The notes: a model not told the origin generated them from the sequence alone. A stretch of DNA of 64,000 nucleotides from Octopus sinensis (GCF_006345805.1 NC_043007.1:64046001-64110000); one strand, 5' to 3'; numbered from the stretch's first letter, positions 1 through 12,646 are shown. Translations and numbers: made by a program.

Positions 1-259
1 TCTCTTCTTTATGTTTAATTTGGAACAATATTCCCAAATCCATTAGTCTATTAACATTTCAAGATCTTCACAGTCCCATTTTCAAAATAAAGTGATGGTT
101 GTAATGGTGTATTGTTTGCACACATTGCAGTAAAACACAAAGGATCTTGGAAATATTTATAATGATAGAATTATAACCAGATTATTTAAACTAGATATAT
201 TGATAAAACTATTACTATATTATCTAAACTATGTGGGTATTTTGAAAATAACTTATGGA

Positions 260-565
260 ATGACAACCATGCCTTGCATAGTTACAGGCTGCCCTTTGGC
301 AAGGCATAGCACCTATTCAGCCATCCTGCCAAGGATACAGCAAAGCCATGGGGCTACTGCATGGTGGATTGTGAAGAGGTAGCAGAAGAGCTCAACTGAG
401 CAAAGGGTGTTTCTTTTATTGATGTTGAGCAGAGGAATCCTGGAAGATCAATAGTCAGGATTGTCAAGCTCTGTCAAGAGAAAAACTGCAACACAGCTGT
501 TGAGGTGATATCCATGGTTGTGTGATCAGCTGATGACAGAATCACTATGACACAAGCACCCAATT
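260..565 (-). mobile_element. Highly degenerate LINE-like fragment
   Basis: GC-richer island with broken reading frames, bracketed by a 21-bp near-perfect direct repeat (186-206, 602-622). Family not resolved. Confidence 0.25.
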
Positions 566-1149
566 CTAATTCATAATAATCAAAGCAGCAAAAGAAAGGA
601 ATTAAACTAGATATGTTGATAACAATCATTATAGCAGATGTGGAAGAACTTAAAGAAGATCATGTAAACTCTAACTTTACATTTAAGATCCAACATACAT
701 TCAGACCATAACACCATCCAATCCTTAGATATAAATGTAGTAATAAAAAACAGCTCATAGCACATCTCAGATTACACAAAAAAATTAAGAAAGACTTATA
801 TATGAACAGTAATAGTGAGTGTCCTCATAAACACAAAATATTTGTAGTCAAATCCCTTCTTAGATGAACTTTTGAATTTTCAACCATCCAACTAGATTAG
901 CTAAGTATTATTTAATCTTAACTCCTCAAATACAAAATATGGACTACTAGGATATCATGGCTATAGCTCCCTTTTTATACTGGAAGGAAGATGTCCATAG
1001 AAACTTCTATGTGCCAAATCTACAAATCAGTTTATCTGGAAAGAAACAAAGCAGTTATTAATAAGTGTTGAAATTAATGCATGCAAAATTTCACAGCTAT
1101 AGAATCACTCCTTTATAGACAGCCTATGAACCATTCAGCCCATCCTCAT

Positions 1150-1385
1150 ATCTTTTACCTGCTTCACTCATTAGATGCAGCCTAGCTGAGGCATCACCTT
1201 GAAGGAATTTTAGTTGAATGAATCAACCCCAGGAAATATGTCTTTTAAAGCCTGGTACTTTTTTCATTGAGATCTTTTGCTGTACTGCTAAGTTACAGGG
1301 ACATTAACAAACCAACACCAGTTGTCAAGCAGTGTGAGGAACAAGCATAATGACACAAAGACATGCACACACAGACACACACAGA
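1150..1385 (-). mobile_element. tRNA-headed SINE family A, 3' half
   Basis: Homologous to the 3' half of the full copy at 3025-3430. Confidence 0.75.
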
Positions 1386-1419
1386 TATATATATATGTAT
1401 GTATGTATGTATGTATATA

Positions 1420-1460
<41 letters not shown>

Positions 1461-1698
1461 GGGGAGTATAACTCCAAACTTACGGGGGAAAATTCAATTT
1501 AGTATTAAATCAAATTTCACAGTATAAATATATAAAATATAAATTAGAGATAAAACCACTATTATGCAACTCAAACAGTGATAGACATAAACCAATACAT
1601 AAATAACAAATAATATATATTTTTATAAAACATATAACTTATAAATAGATCTCAAAAAGTATAAAATGAACAATAAATATATAATATAATAAGTAAAA

Positions 1699-1800
1699 AC
1701 ACTACGTACGTTTCATGGTGACAATTAAATTCGAATTACAATTAAGTTTGAATTCGATTGAAATAAATTTGATTTTAAATTATAGTCAATCTTCAGGTTA
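1699..1800 (-). ncRNA. Hammerhead-like motif with 75-nt stem II insert
   Basis: Reverse complement reads taac-CTGAAGA-ttgac...gtcaccat-GAAA-CGTACG-TA-gtgt. Stem III palindrome ACGTACGT is perfect; stems I and II are weak. Confidence 0.5.
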
Positions 1801-2349
1801 ATGATAATAGTTAAATAAATAAGCAAATAGAGTTAAATAATATTTATTTAAGAAATAAATAAAATAATAATTTTTCTTATAGAAAAAACTCCATTAACTA
1901 AATTAGAAACTTAAAACATTAGGATTATTTCCTACAACACATTTATTATGTTAAATATTTAATTTTTAAGGTAAAAAAAATAGATAGAAATATGTATTTA
2001 TCTTTGAAGATATAATTTAGCTTTAAAAAACATAATAAACTCTTGAATATCTTTAACTCAGTTATACTCCAATATTTAATTACCAAATTATTTAACAAAA
2101 TAATCACTATTAATATTTTTAGATTTAAGTTCACATCTAATAATTATAAAATAATGAATACATAAAAATAAGTATCTAAATTATAATCAATAAATATAGT
2201 AATTAACAATCTAAAATTTTCTCTATCAATAAATATATAAACATATAACCAAAAATAAATAAATTAGTCCATTATTATTTACATAAATATTATAAATATT
2301 TATAGAATATATTTATGAAATACAATATTTCAACCACAACCACAACCAA

Positions 2350-2876
2350 GATGTGAACTTCATGGGAAAAGGTTCTTCTCTCTATCTGGTAGGATTGCAA
2401 AGAAGTAATTCACTTTGAATTGTTACCACCTAATGCAACAATCAATGCTCAAGTCTCCTGTCAGCAATTACTGTGTTTGAACAAAACTTTGAAGAAAAGA
2501 AGACCCGCTTTAGTGAATTGAAATGGAGTGATGTTTCATCAGGACAATGCGTAACTTCACAATGCAAAGATCACATCACAGAAGATTGAAGAGCTTGGTT
2601 GGGAAAAAATTCCTCATCCACCTTATTCTCCCAACTTTGCTCCTTCAGACTACCATTTATTTCATAGTTTACAGAATCATTTGGAAGACATAACGTTTGC
2701 AAGCCAGGTTGTAACTGACATTTCAGAATTCTTCGCTTTGAAACCAAAGAGTTTTACATTGATGGGATTAAAAAGCTTGTAAATAAATGGAAGGTGATTA
2801 ATTTCAAATAAATATAACATTTGATCACTCATTTTCTTTATTCAAAATTTGGACAGAACTTATGGGATAACCTGAT
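2350..2876 (+). mobile_element. Mariner transposon, 3' part with right TIR (pseudogenised)
   Basis: KVLLSIW*DCKEVIHFELL...FHQDNA...HPPYSPNFAPSDYHLF with stops, followed by the TIR-like gacagaacttatgggataacctgat. Confidence 0.9.
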
Positions 2877-2919
2877 GTGTGTGTGCATGTATGTATGTAT
2901 GTGTATGTATATATATGTA

Positions 2920-2957
<38 letters not shown>

Positions 2958-3024
2958 CATATAAGAGGAATGACCACTAGGTGGACTCTACACATATATA
3001 TATATATGTGTGTGTGTGTATATA

Positions 3025-3430
3025 TCTCTTTTACTCTTTTACTTGTTTCAGTCATTTGACTGCAGCCATGCTGGAGCACCGCCTTTAGTCGAGCAAATCG
3101 ACCCCAGGACTTATTCTTTGTAAGCCCAGTACTTATTCTATCGGTTGCTTTTGCCGAACCGCTAAGTGACGGCGACGTAAACACACCAGCATCGGTTGTC
3201 AAGCAATGCTTAGGGGTACAAACACAGACATACAAACATACACACACATATATATATACATATATACGATGTGCTTCTTTCAGTTTCCATCTACCAAATC
3301 TACTCACAAGGCTTTGGTCAGTCCGAGGCTATAGTAGAAGACACTTGCCCAAGATGCCACGCAATGGGACTGAACCCAGAACCATGTGGTTGGTAAGCAA
3401 GCTACTTACCACACAGCCACTCCTGCGCCT
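3025..3430 (-). mobile_element. Full-length tRNA-headed SINE family A
   Basis: Reverse complement starts aggcgcaggaGTGGCTGTGTGG (A box) then GGTTCAGTCCC (B box), has an internal (TA/CA)n tract and ends gaaacaagtaaaagagtaaaagag. Many copies in the window. Confidence 0.88.
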
Positions 3431-3931
3431 ATATATATATATATATATAATTGCTGTGTGGTGTGTAGTGAACTCAAAAATCACTCTTTCAAAAACATCT
3501 AGAATTTCAATCAAAACAAGTTGACCACATCCATACAACTATTCTTTAATGAACACAAAAGAACAAGACTTGGAAATCCAATTATAATTTTTACTGAAGA
3601 AAGTCAAAAACAACATCTGGCTTTTCAGTTAAAACCTTGACCAATTCAAATACAAAAATTCTTTTTCCTTTCTCTTTTTTCCTTCCCCACCTTAAAAGGC
3701 CACTAAGTACTAAACAAACAAGTCTGACCATATCACAAAAGCCATGCCTCATTACCTCCCCCTCCTCAAAAAATTTAATTCTTTATATATAAAAAGGCCA
3801 AGAAATCTAAATTTAAACCAATTTTTGATAAATCCAATAACTGAAGAAAGCGCTGAAAATGTAGATAAAACATTCTGACTACTTTATTCTAAATATACAA
3901 TATCTGTACATCACTTCCAAAACTTTCTCTT

Positions 3932-3977
<46 letters not shown>

Positions 3978-3982
<5 letters not shown>

Positions 3983-4257
3983 AGTGTGTGTGGTTAAGAT
4001 GTTTGTTTTCCAGCCACATGATTTCAGGTTCAATCCCACTGTGTGACACCTTGGTCAATTGTCTTCTATTAGAGTCCTAACCCAACCAAAGCCTTGTGAG
4101 TGGATTCAGTAGTTGGAAACTGAAAGAAACCTATTGTGTGTGTGTGCACGTGTGTGTGTATACATATATGTGTGTGAGTGTGTGCATGTATGTTTGTGTT
4201 TCCTTTCCTTGACATCACATGATAGTTGTAATTGAGTGTGACATACAGTGTCATACA
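3978..4257 (+). mobile_element. SINE family A, 5' part
   Basis: Degenerate A/B boxes and the conserved ccaaagccttgtgagtggat...gaaactgaaagaa block. Confidence 0.8.
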
Positions 4258-4310
4258 TTTAAAATATTCTGCAAAATCATACCTGACCATGGTTATCAAT
4301 ATCATTACAG

Positions 4311-4462
4311 ATACAATGTACATTTGCACAGAAGATGCTTTCCCAACCAAACGCTTCACCCAACTGATTGAAGCATGGCATCAAAAAGGAATATGGAAGA
4401 AACTTTCTGATGGCTGTTTACAACCTGGGGACCATGTTTACATTGAACACATCACTGATGTG
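4311..4462 (+). CDS. XRCC3: XRCC3 internal coding exon (phase 1 start, phase 0 end)
   Basis: Acceptor tcattacAG at 4309-4310, donor GTgagt at 4463. Peptide (D)TMYICTEDAFPTKRFTQL...PGDHVYIEHITDV matches the XRCC3 segment recalled as AVYICTEDAFPHKRLQQL...IFIEHVADV. Confidence 0.93.
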
Positions 4463-4925
4463 GTGAGTAAACAGCTACAAAATGTTAAAGTCTTAAATCC
4501 ATAATTGCAGGTAGGCACTGCCCCCTTAACCACAGCATACCAGCAACAGCATTAGTGCAATCAGGATCATCTTCATTATAATCATCTACATTATAAGTTA
4601 AATGTTTTTTGTTGTTGTTTTTCTATGTTCGTTTGGATTAGCAAGATCTGTTAAGTAGAGTATTTCCATTGTATCTCAGTTTTATGTTTCTAACATACCT
4701 GTGTTCTCAAAAATGCTGACAGTTTTATTAATGATAGAAAACAGCACTTCAAAACAATGGGAGAAACCATTGATAAATGTTAGCAATTGACTAAATATAT
4801 GTACATGAACAGAATTGAAGCAATTGAACTTTCAGATAGGATTGTAATGTCTTGGTTGAAAATATTATCAACTATGTAATATATATTTATATATATTTGT
4901 CTGTCTGTTTATCTATCTATCAGTA

Positions 4926-6610
4926 TCCATAAGGTTGCTCGGCTAGGAAGATTCCAAGTGAACTCAGCCTCAGACACTAGACCACGCCCAATAAGAGTAA
5001 TCTTTTCTTCCGATCAGGAGGCTTCAACCTTTCTGAACAGAGTTCAGAAGCATGTCTGGGAGGACCCCAATATGGGTTTTCGCGAGGAATACTCACTGAG
5101 AGAGAGAATTCGCCGGAGAAACCTAATATCCGAACTGAAGATGAGAAAATAGATGGGAGAGAAAGGTTTATGCATCCAAGATGGACAAATAATCAAGTCC
5201 TACCTCTAGTCGCATGCTGTAGTGCTGACAGGGAAAGTGAATCGAGGGCGAATTTAAGTAAAGTAGATACCCCCGACAACGATGCTATCTCTGATACCCC
5301 TCATTCTGCTTGTTCCCTAATTACTGCCCCTCAAACTTCACAGCTCAGCATCGTCTATACCAACTCGTGCTCCTTATTTCCAAAGTTCAGCGAATTATTT
5401 ACACTGGCCATGCGTGATTCCCCAGATGTGATAGCTATCACCGAGACTTGGCTGACTCCAGCAGTAAAGGACTCGGAAATCCACCTACAGGGCTACGCCC
5501 TCTTCAGATGTGACAGAGAAAAAGGGCGAGGTGGAGATGTTGCTGTGTATGTTAAATCTGATCTCAAACTGTCCAGTGGTATTCTACCCACTAATGCTCA
5601 ATCTACAACAAAATTCGATGCCGTCTATTGCAAGCTGAGCCTATCCGGGTTTTGCCTGCCCATGTTAGCTGTCTACAGGCTGTCTCTTGCTGACCCCCAG
5701 GACGATGCTCATTTACTCGAAGCGATAAGATTTGTTTCAGCTTTTTATGACTGTTTGATATTAGGAGACTTCAACGCTCCCACGATCGACTGGCCCGCAT
5801 CAATTTGTACATCATCTTCCTGGTTCGGCCAGGCCCTTCTTGACGTGGCTGAAGATTGTTTTCTATCGCAACATGTTGAATATCCGACAAGGCATCGGTC
5901 TGGGCAGCAGCCATCTATGTTGGATCTGGTATTCTCCTGCTATCCAAGATCAGTGTCAGGCTTATCTGTGTGCGCCCCTCTTGCCAAGAGTGATCACGCG
6001 GCCCTGAAGTTCGACATGCACACAACTTTTTCTATGCCCACGACTACTTCGCTGCCACATAAAGTCTTCACTGCAATCAATCTAGATTTGACTGCAGCTT
6101 TTGAGGTGTACAAAACTCAACGAGACTGAGCTGTGAAAATTGAAAAGGAAGAACGCTTCAGATATGAATACAGAATCGCGGCAAACGCCAGTCGCAATCC
6201 AAAAACCTTCTTTGCCCATGTTCAACGGAATTCCTGCTTGAACAACCAAATTGCAACGTTGGTAGACTCAACAGGCGTATTGATTGAGGACCCTTATCAA
6301 CAGAGTCAGTTATTTGTCGAGGCTTTTCAACTATTTTCAAACAAGATGATGGTCGTGAATCCCCTCCATTTGATAGATCAGCACCTCCAATGCCTAGATT
6401 GGTCATCACGTGGGATGAAGTCGAACGCGTTATTCAAGGCCTCGAACGTCAACCAGGGTCACGGCCCTGATGGCATACACCTACAGGTTATCAAAGCGTT
6501 GGCTCCGGTCATCTGCGAACCTTTAACTCTTCTATTCAATATGTCATTGGTGACGGGTGTTATACCTGCGGACTGGAGAACAGCGATAATCTGCCCAATT
6601 TTCAAGAAAT
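4926..6610 (+). mobile_element. CR1/L2-type LINE fragment (ORF1 end, APE endonuclease, RT N-terminus), truncated at both ends
   Basis: ORF1-like RPRPIRVIF (4958-5152), then APE and RT-start ORFs. CpG-rich relative to its flanks. Confidence 0.92.
5170..6129 (+). CDS. LINE apurinic-like endonuclease ORF
   Basis: Motifs YTNSCSL, DVIAITETWL, LGDFNAPTIDW, LDLVF and SDH. Confidence 0.85.
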   Translation: MHPRWTNNQVLPLVACCSADRESESRANLSKVDTPDNDAISDTPHSACSLITAPQTSQLSIVYTNSCSLFPKFSELFTLAMRDSPDVIAITETWLTPAVKDSEIHLQGYALFRCDREKGRGGDVAVYVKSDLKLSSGILPTNAQSTTKFDAVYCKLSLSGFCLPMLAVYRLSLADPQDDAHLLEAIRFVSAFYDCLILGDFNAPTIDWPASICTSSSWFGQALLDVAEDCFLSQHVEYPTRHRSGQQPSMLDLVFSCYPRSVSGLSVCAPLAKSDHAALKFDMHTTFSMPTTTSLPHKVFTAINLDLTAAFEVYKTQRD

Positions 6611-6618
6611 TAACTTAA
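6133..6618 (+). pseudogene. LINE ORF2 linker / RT N-terminal fragment with frameshift
   Basis: NPKTFFAHV...GPDGIH...LAPVICEPLTLLFNMSLVTGVIPADWRTAIICPIFKK, then an abrupt end. Confidence 0.85.
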
Positions 6619-6635
6619 CTTAAATTAACTATCTA

Positions 6636-6674
<39 letters not shown>

Positions 6675-7706
6675 CACATCCTTGCATTGTTGTGTTTTCT
6701 TGTGTTTTTTTCTTTATTTGTTTTTTTAATTATATATATGTATACTAGCAGAAAGACAACCTCCAGGTGGTTTTCTGTTAGCCACATGATAATATTTTCA
6801 CATTTCATTCTCAATTCAAATAATTTTTATGATATTGTCCGCTATTGTGCCTTTGCTGCTAAATGTTCTTTTTCAGTCACATATTTTGGCATTCTTTTGA
6901 TTGAACCCGCAGAAATGCCAAAATAAACAGCTGGTTTTGTTCGTTAATTTCTGTAAGAAATTTTTATCTATTTACTTTTGTTTTAAAATGAGAGGAGATA
7001 GTGAAAGATGTATGTACATGTATATCAAATGGACATGTGTGAGAGAGAGAGAGAATGAATGAAATAAACATGAAAAGAAAATAATCATATGAATAAAAGT
7101 TCATTAAAAACTATTTTGTACTGAATATTTAAATTTGTGAGCTTGAACTATTCAATAATAAAAGGAAGTTCAGAAAGTAAATTTTCTTGAAAATATCAAC
7201 TTATAAAAGATCTCACTTGCTTAGTAAATATTCCTTTCAGTAATTTATTGTAGCTGATTGCAAATAGTGAAAGAAAACTGGAAATGAAAACATTAAAATA
7301 AGTGAGAGACTTCACAAATGAAAACAAAAAATTTCACCTGCAACGGTTGCTACGAGGATGCTTGCTCGTACATCAATACTGGAAGTTGACACTGAAAAGC
7401 CTTTCTAAAGTGAATCATATATATAAAGCAATATTATTTATTTTTAATAAAAAAAATAAAATGAAGACCCTATTATGTATCCGAAGTCAAATTATTCATG
7501 CATCTTAAGTATGGAACCAATTTGCACAGCTGTTTTCACATGGAAAGCAAATACACACACAGGTCTATTCTATATATAAGATATATATATATATATATAT
7601 ATATATTAAAGGAAAAGGAAAACAAAATCAAGGCAGGATGAGCATCTCAGGTCATTTAGAATATTTAATTAAAGTGAATCAAAAATAGAGAAGTAGAAGT
7701 AATTAA

Positions 7707-7785
7707 TGTCTTACAGCTATTTCTGGGATATCCCAGGTAATGGGTCAACACCCCCATACACTAGGTATTCCCATCATCTGAGACA
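7707..7785 (-). ncRNA. Type-I hammerhead-like motif, one core substitution
   Basis: Reverse complement reads TGTCT-CAGATGA-TGGGAATA...ATATCCCA-GAAA-TAGCTG-TA-AGACA. Stem I is a perfect 5 bp and stem II is near-perfect. Confidence 0.7.
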
Positions 7786-10700
7786 AGGTGTGTATGCAGG
7801 AAAGTTCCATACTGTACTTTCTATGCATTTCGATCAAATCCCCAATGATTTAACAAGTGATCCCCTAACGACAATGTAAACTTCATATTATCAAGGGATC
7901 CTTGTCCTAAAGAGTAGCATGTGGTCTACCCCTCATTTGGATAATTTACTGCTGAGGTTCTTCTAGCTATGAAACATATGTAACCTGGATTTTATTTACT
8001 CCATTGGACGTTTATTCGTGTATACAACAACCCCTGTTGCTAATCATGAACTATAAAATTAACTTTTTTCAGCTTATACTTCAATACAGGAAAAATTTAC
8101 AACCATCTGCACCAATAAACCACTATTGTTTCTGAAAGTTGTTTTTTTATATTTTCTACAGATTGCTTGAAACTCACTAACATCCTATATCTTGATCCTT
8201 AGATCTTACCTTTATGTGTGTGTGTGTGTGTATGCATGTATTGTTTCAGTTATTAGACTGCATCTATGTAGTATATGGGGTTTTAGTTGAATGAAACAAT
8301 CCTAGTACTTATTTTTTTCAGTCTGATACTTATTCTATCTCTTGTTGATGTTGTTTACATTCCAATGAAGGAGCCTTGGGTCTAGGTTAGAAACCAGCTC
8401 TATCTCTATTGGCAAGAAATCTCAAAATAAAACTGAATAACTAGCATATATACTAAACAAGAAAGATGCTAGCTGCCAAAGGTACATATATGTTGAGCCA
8501 TTTCACACTATTTTATGTCTGTTTTTCATGCTGGTATGAGATGCATTTGATAAAGAATGAATGTCACAACTCCAGTTTCTACTCTCTTATATGAAGGCTT
8601 CTTTGTAATTTAAAGGGTCTATGTTATTTCTTAATACTATTACTTATTATCATCTAAGACTAACAACTCTTGTCTCCAAGTTAAAGTTTTTATTCCCTCA
8701 TATTTTCAAACATTGAATTGCTCAGTATACAGATATGTCTGCCAGTCCTTGACGTCTCTTCATCTCTTACATTTAATCCTTATATGTGCCTCCACCCTCT
8801 CTCTCTTACCCACACACACAAACACACAATTACACAGTTCTTTAGATTATGTTAGTCAAAGCATATACAGCATATCAGATGTGATAAATATTATGGTAAA
8901 TAAAGTCTTATTAGTTCCAGTATTAGTTTCTAAATCTCTGAAGCCTCATTGAGTCTGAACCTTATGCCACTATTACATACTATTTGGCATGTTTGAACAC
9001 AAAGCAAGGAAACATATGAATGCTAAATTGAACATCTTGTTAGTTCAACGTTTTACACACATTTCTCTTTCCTTTATATAGTAGCTTTCATTGCATAAGT
9101 ATTGGGAAATTATGCTAAAGTTGTAGAACATTTATTTAAGGTGGAGTATTTTGAATTCACATTTCATTGCAAGCAGTGTGTCTTGGGCAATTTACTTAAC
9201 TATCTCTGTACTATGAGCATGGAAGAAGAGCTGACAAATCTGTAAATTTATGATGGAATACTATACTGACATGTAACTGATGTATGGTTTGATGATTTAT
9301 AACACTGAGGTCAAGTCCTCTTGCAAATACAAAATCATTTCAATAATTCTTTTGGTGCCACTCCTATCCCAATGAAATATCACATTAAATGCTTCTCCTA
9401 ATACTTTCTCTTCATAACTGCCACTTTTTTGAAACACTAAGCCTTCTCAAGTTTTTACCCTACAAATATTGACCATACCGGTTTGGAAAAACGATAAGTT
9501 CTGCCCTTCAAGCTAAATGCTTGAAACAATACATTGGCATGCTTATCTTAATGGCTATATATTGATGTCATGCCTAACACTTCTGAAACTAACCCTAAAT
9601 TGACAGAGTCACACTGACCTTAACCAGTTTTATTTTAACAGGAATGCTGCCACTAAAGTTACAAAAAGTAACTCTAAAAACTTTCAACTATGCAGACCAG
9701 ACTCTAAACCCAAATATATATTCTTCTAGCCCTAAAAATATCTCAAATCCTTATTCTTCATATGCTGTTCAACTATAATGTTGTCCCTTGAGCTTCATTA
9801 GAGCTAGTTGATGCCAAACTTGTGCCCACATCTTTCTCTTCATTTATTTTTAATTAACATCCCTTCTCTCTCCACTCTTCTCTTTCTCTCCCTCTCACTT
9901 TCTCTCTCTCCCTCTCACACACACCATATCTTATAATTGTTTAGTATCCAGTTACATTACTATAATTACTGACAATTCTTACCAGTGGGTTCCCCTTTCC
10001 ACTTTTCTATGTTTATTTTTTTGTTTGAGAGGTTATGTGTGTGTGTGTACACACACACAAATATATAATACACATGCATATCGCCAGACATGCTTACAAA
10101 TGTAAAAAAACTTTTTAAATACATTAACACACATATAACAATTAAAATGCCTTTCTGATTGTGTAATATATGTATTTGTGTCTATGAGTATGTGTATACA
10201 TTTGTATGTGCTTGATTTTTGATATGTAATGTACCTTCGTTTGCTTCTTGCAGAATATATGTGTGTGTATGCAAATGTATTTATGTGTGCCTGGCCCTTG
10301 CTATCATCATGTCAACAACTTCCTTGCTAAGTCTTAATTGCCACCTGCTTTTTCAAAAGTACTTTAAAAATTGTTTTAACTGAAGTACAAGCAATTCACA
10401 GAGTTTTTAATTTACCTAGCAAAAATTTTTTCTTTTGATTTTGCCACACCCTACGATGTTTGTATGTATGGTAATGTTTTTGCTCTGAATTCTACTGTAG
10501 GATATTTCTTTTGTTCTTGTGGCAAATTTAAAATAATCACTTCTATTTTTCTGGTTGTTTAGCTCCAGGTCAGTCACCATTAATCAAATGACATCCTATA
10601 GCTTCTCATGCAATGTTTTATTGTGTAAGATACTGTGGTAGTCTGAATATATTCTATTTAAATATGGTAGGGGCTTAAATATTTAATATAATGAGTTGAA

Positions 10701-11529
10701 AAACTCTGAGACTATCCAAGCAATTAGGAAACAAAACCCATCTCCAGGGCTTTTCAAAATCTGAAAACAGCAAACAAAGGAAACAATTACAATAAGATCT
10801 GTTGATTGAAATCTTTCTGCTATATGCACAAGACTCATTTGAGTGTATCCTACCTTTAAAGTCAGTTGCTGAATACAACGGACATGTTTTAATCTAGCTA
10901 GATCCCACAAAGTATATTCAGAGCAGTTGGAAAAACCTAGAAGGGATCAATATGTATATATATATAGTATACAGTGATAGAGGGCATGTAGTAATGTGGA
11001 TCAGGAATTTCGGTAATATAGCTAAAAGGAAATATTTCAGGGAGCAGTTTACATATTAAATACAATTACAGTAGGGTTTAACTTCAATCAATTTATATTA
11101 TCTAAACAATTAGTAAAAGTTCACTATATTCTATTCAGCTTACTATCCATTATGCCTTTGGTATGTCCAAGAGTTTTGATGCTGATTGCTGTCAAAGATG
11201 ATCAGTGATATACCCACCACTCCATTATATTCAGAGAGAAATTGTGTGAGGAAAAACAGTAAATATAAAAAAATAGTTTTGCCACCTTTCTACTTTAAGA
11301 CTAATCTTTAGCATGAAATATGTTTCCCAAGAATGTCACAGTTAATTATCTGTTAGCACATCAGTCACTGCTCTTTTCATCTACACCACCATCACTGCTG
11401 CAAGCTGTTTCTGGGTAACAGCTATCTTCAGAGATGTTCATCATCTGTGCCATTTATTGCATTATTGATTCCACATTATTTATTGCCTTAGCTATTATTT
11501 TTACTGCCAATGATGACTAGCCTACCAAC

Positions 11530-12420
11530 ATACCTGTACAATAAGCAGGTGGCTTTAGTCATCCTGTTGGCATTATGAAATCCCCAATTGTTATCCACTT
11601 GTTCCACTCATCTTGAAAAATACATTTGAATGGCTTGTTGACTGAGATGTCCTGTGGTTATAATTGGGCATGACATTAAACCACTGGAGATATATGCTTG
11701 TTTAGTTATTAATTTGTGATTTATTCAACAAACCAATAGGACACCATCATAATTCTTTCTCCATCCAGAGTTTTCATACTGCCTTTGTCCATTCACTCCA
11801 TATGATGCACATTTTCCTTGGGAATTGTTTTCCATTTAATAAAAAGAAGCTTTGTGCTACCTGTACAACATTCAATACAAGAATATTGTGGATTTTTTCA
11901 TAACTCACTTGTTTTTACATTCAGTTTTTGCACTTATATTTGAAGTTTTGTGCACCAGCTCATAGCATATTAACAGAACTTAATCTGTATTGTTTATTTT
12001 TCTTTATTACAATTTGTTTGCTTTCTGGCATTGATCTTATATTTGTGAAATTGGAAATATTTTCCCCCCACCATACACTTCAGGCATCTTCTGTGCAATT
12101 CTAGTTTATTTCACATTTATGCTTAGGATATACCTCTTCATCAATTGATAACATCAATATGAAGATCCAGTAAATTCATCTACTTCTGCCAGTCTCTTTG
12201 CTTCACATATTATCATCTTTTTTGAGACTGTACACTCTATACTCCAACAATTTGTAGCTTTTAATTAATCATGTGTGTCTGTCTTCTCTACCCAGTGTCC
12301 ACCATTTAATGTTGTAGCTAGATGACTAAATGACAGCTGATTGGTAGTGTCTGCTTGGGTTGTACTTCTGCCTGTTTATAACTGGCATGTGGGACATCAT
12401 TGCCAATTCACATTAACCAA
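11530..12420 (-). mobile_element. pogo/Tigger-like (DDE_1) transposase remnant
   Basis: Reverse complement encodes ...L*PQDISVNKPFK, matching the pogo LQPLDVSVNKPFK motif. Heavily broken. Confidence 0.6.
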
Positions 12421-12474
12421 ATAAAACAAATATCTTTCTGAGACCAGTGCCAGTAGAACACTTTTCTATTTCAA

Positions 12475-12646
12475 ACTACCGTGTTTTAACGTGTTTAAGG
12501 AATCTTCATGTATAAGGAACCCCCTAATTTTGGAAAAAAGGTTTTGTAAGGGATTATAATACTATCCATGTATAAGAAACTCCCATATTTTTTTAACCTA
12601 ATTTTTGACAAAAAAGGGTTCCTTATACACATTAAAATAAGGTAGT
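12475..12646. mobile_element. MITE-like element with ~28-bp terminal inverted repeats
   Basis: actaccgtgttttaacgtgtttaaggaa ... ttccttatacacattaaaataaggtagt, with internal repeats of catgtataag(g/a)aac. Confidence 0.7.

Noticed and set aside
1455-2345. Mitochondrial insertion (NUMT)
   Set aside because: AT content is suggestive, but no mitochondrial tRNA, rRNA or protein motif could be identified, and a hammerhead-like repeat motif explains part of it.
3841-3860. CTGAAGA-AAGCGCT-GAAA as a hammerhead
   Set aside because: No loop for stem II and no stem I or stem III pairing; likely chance.
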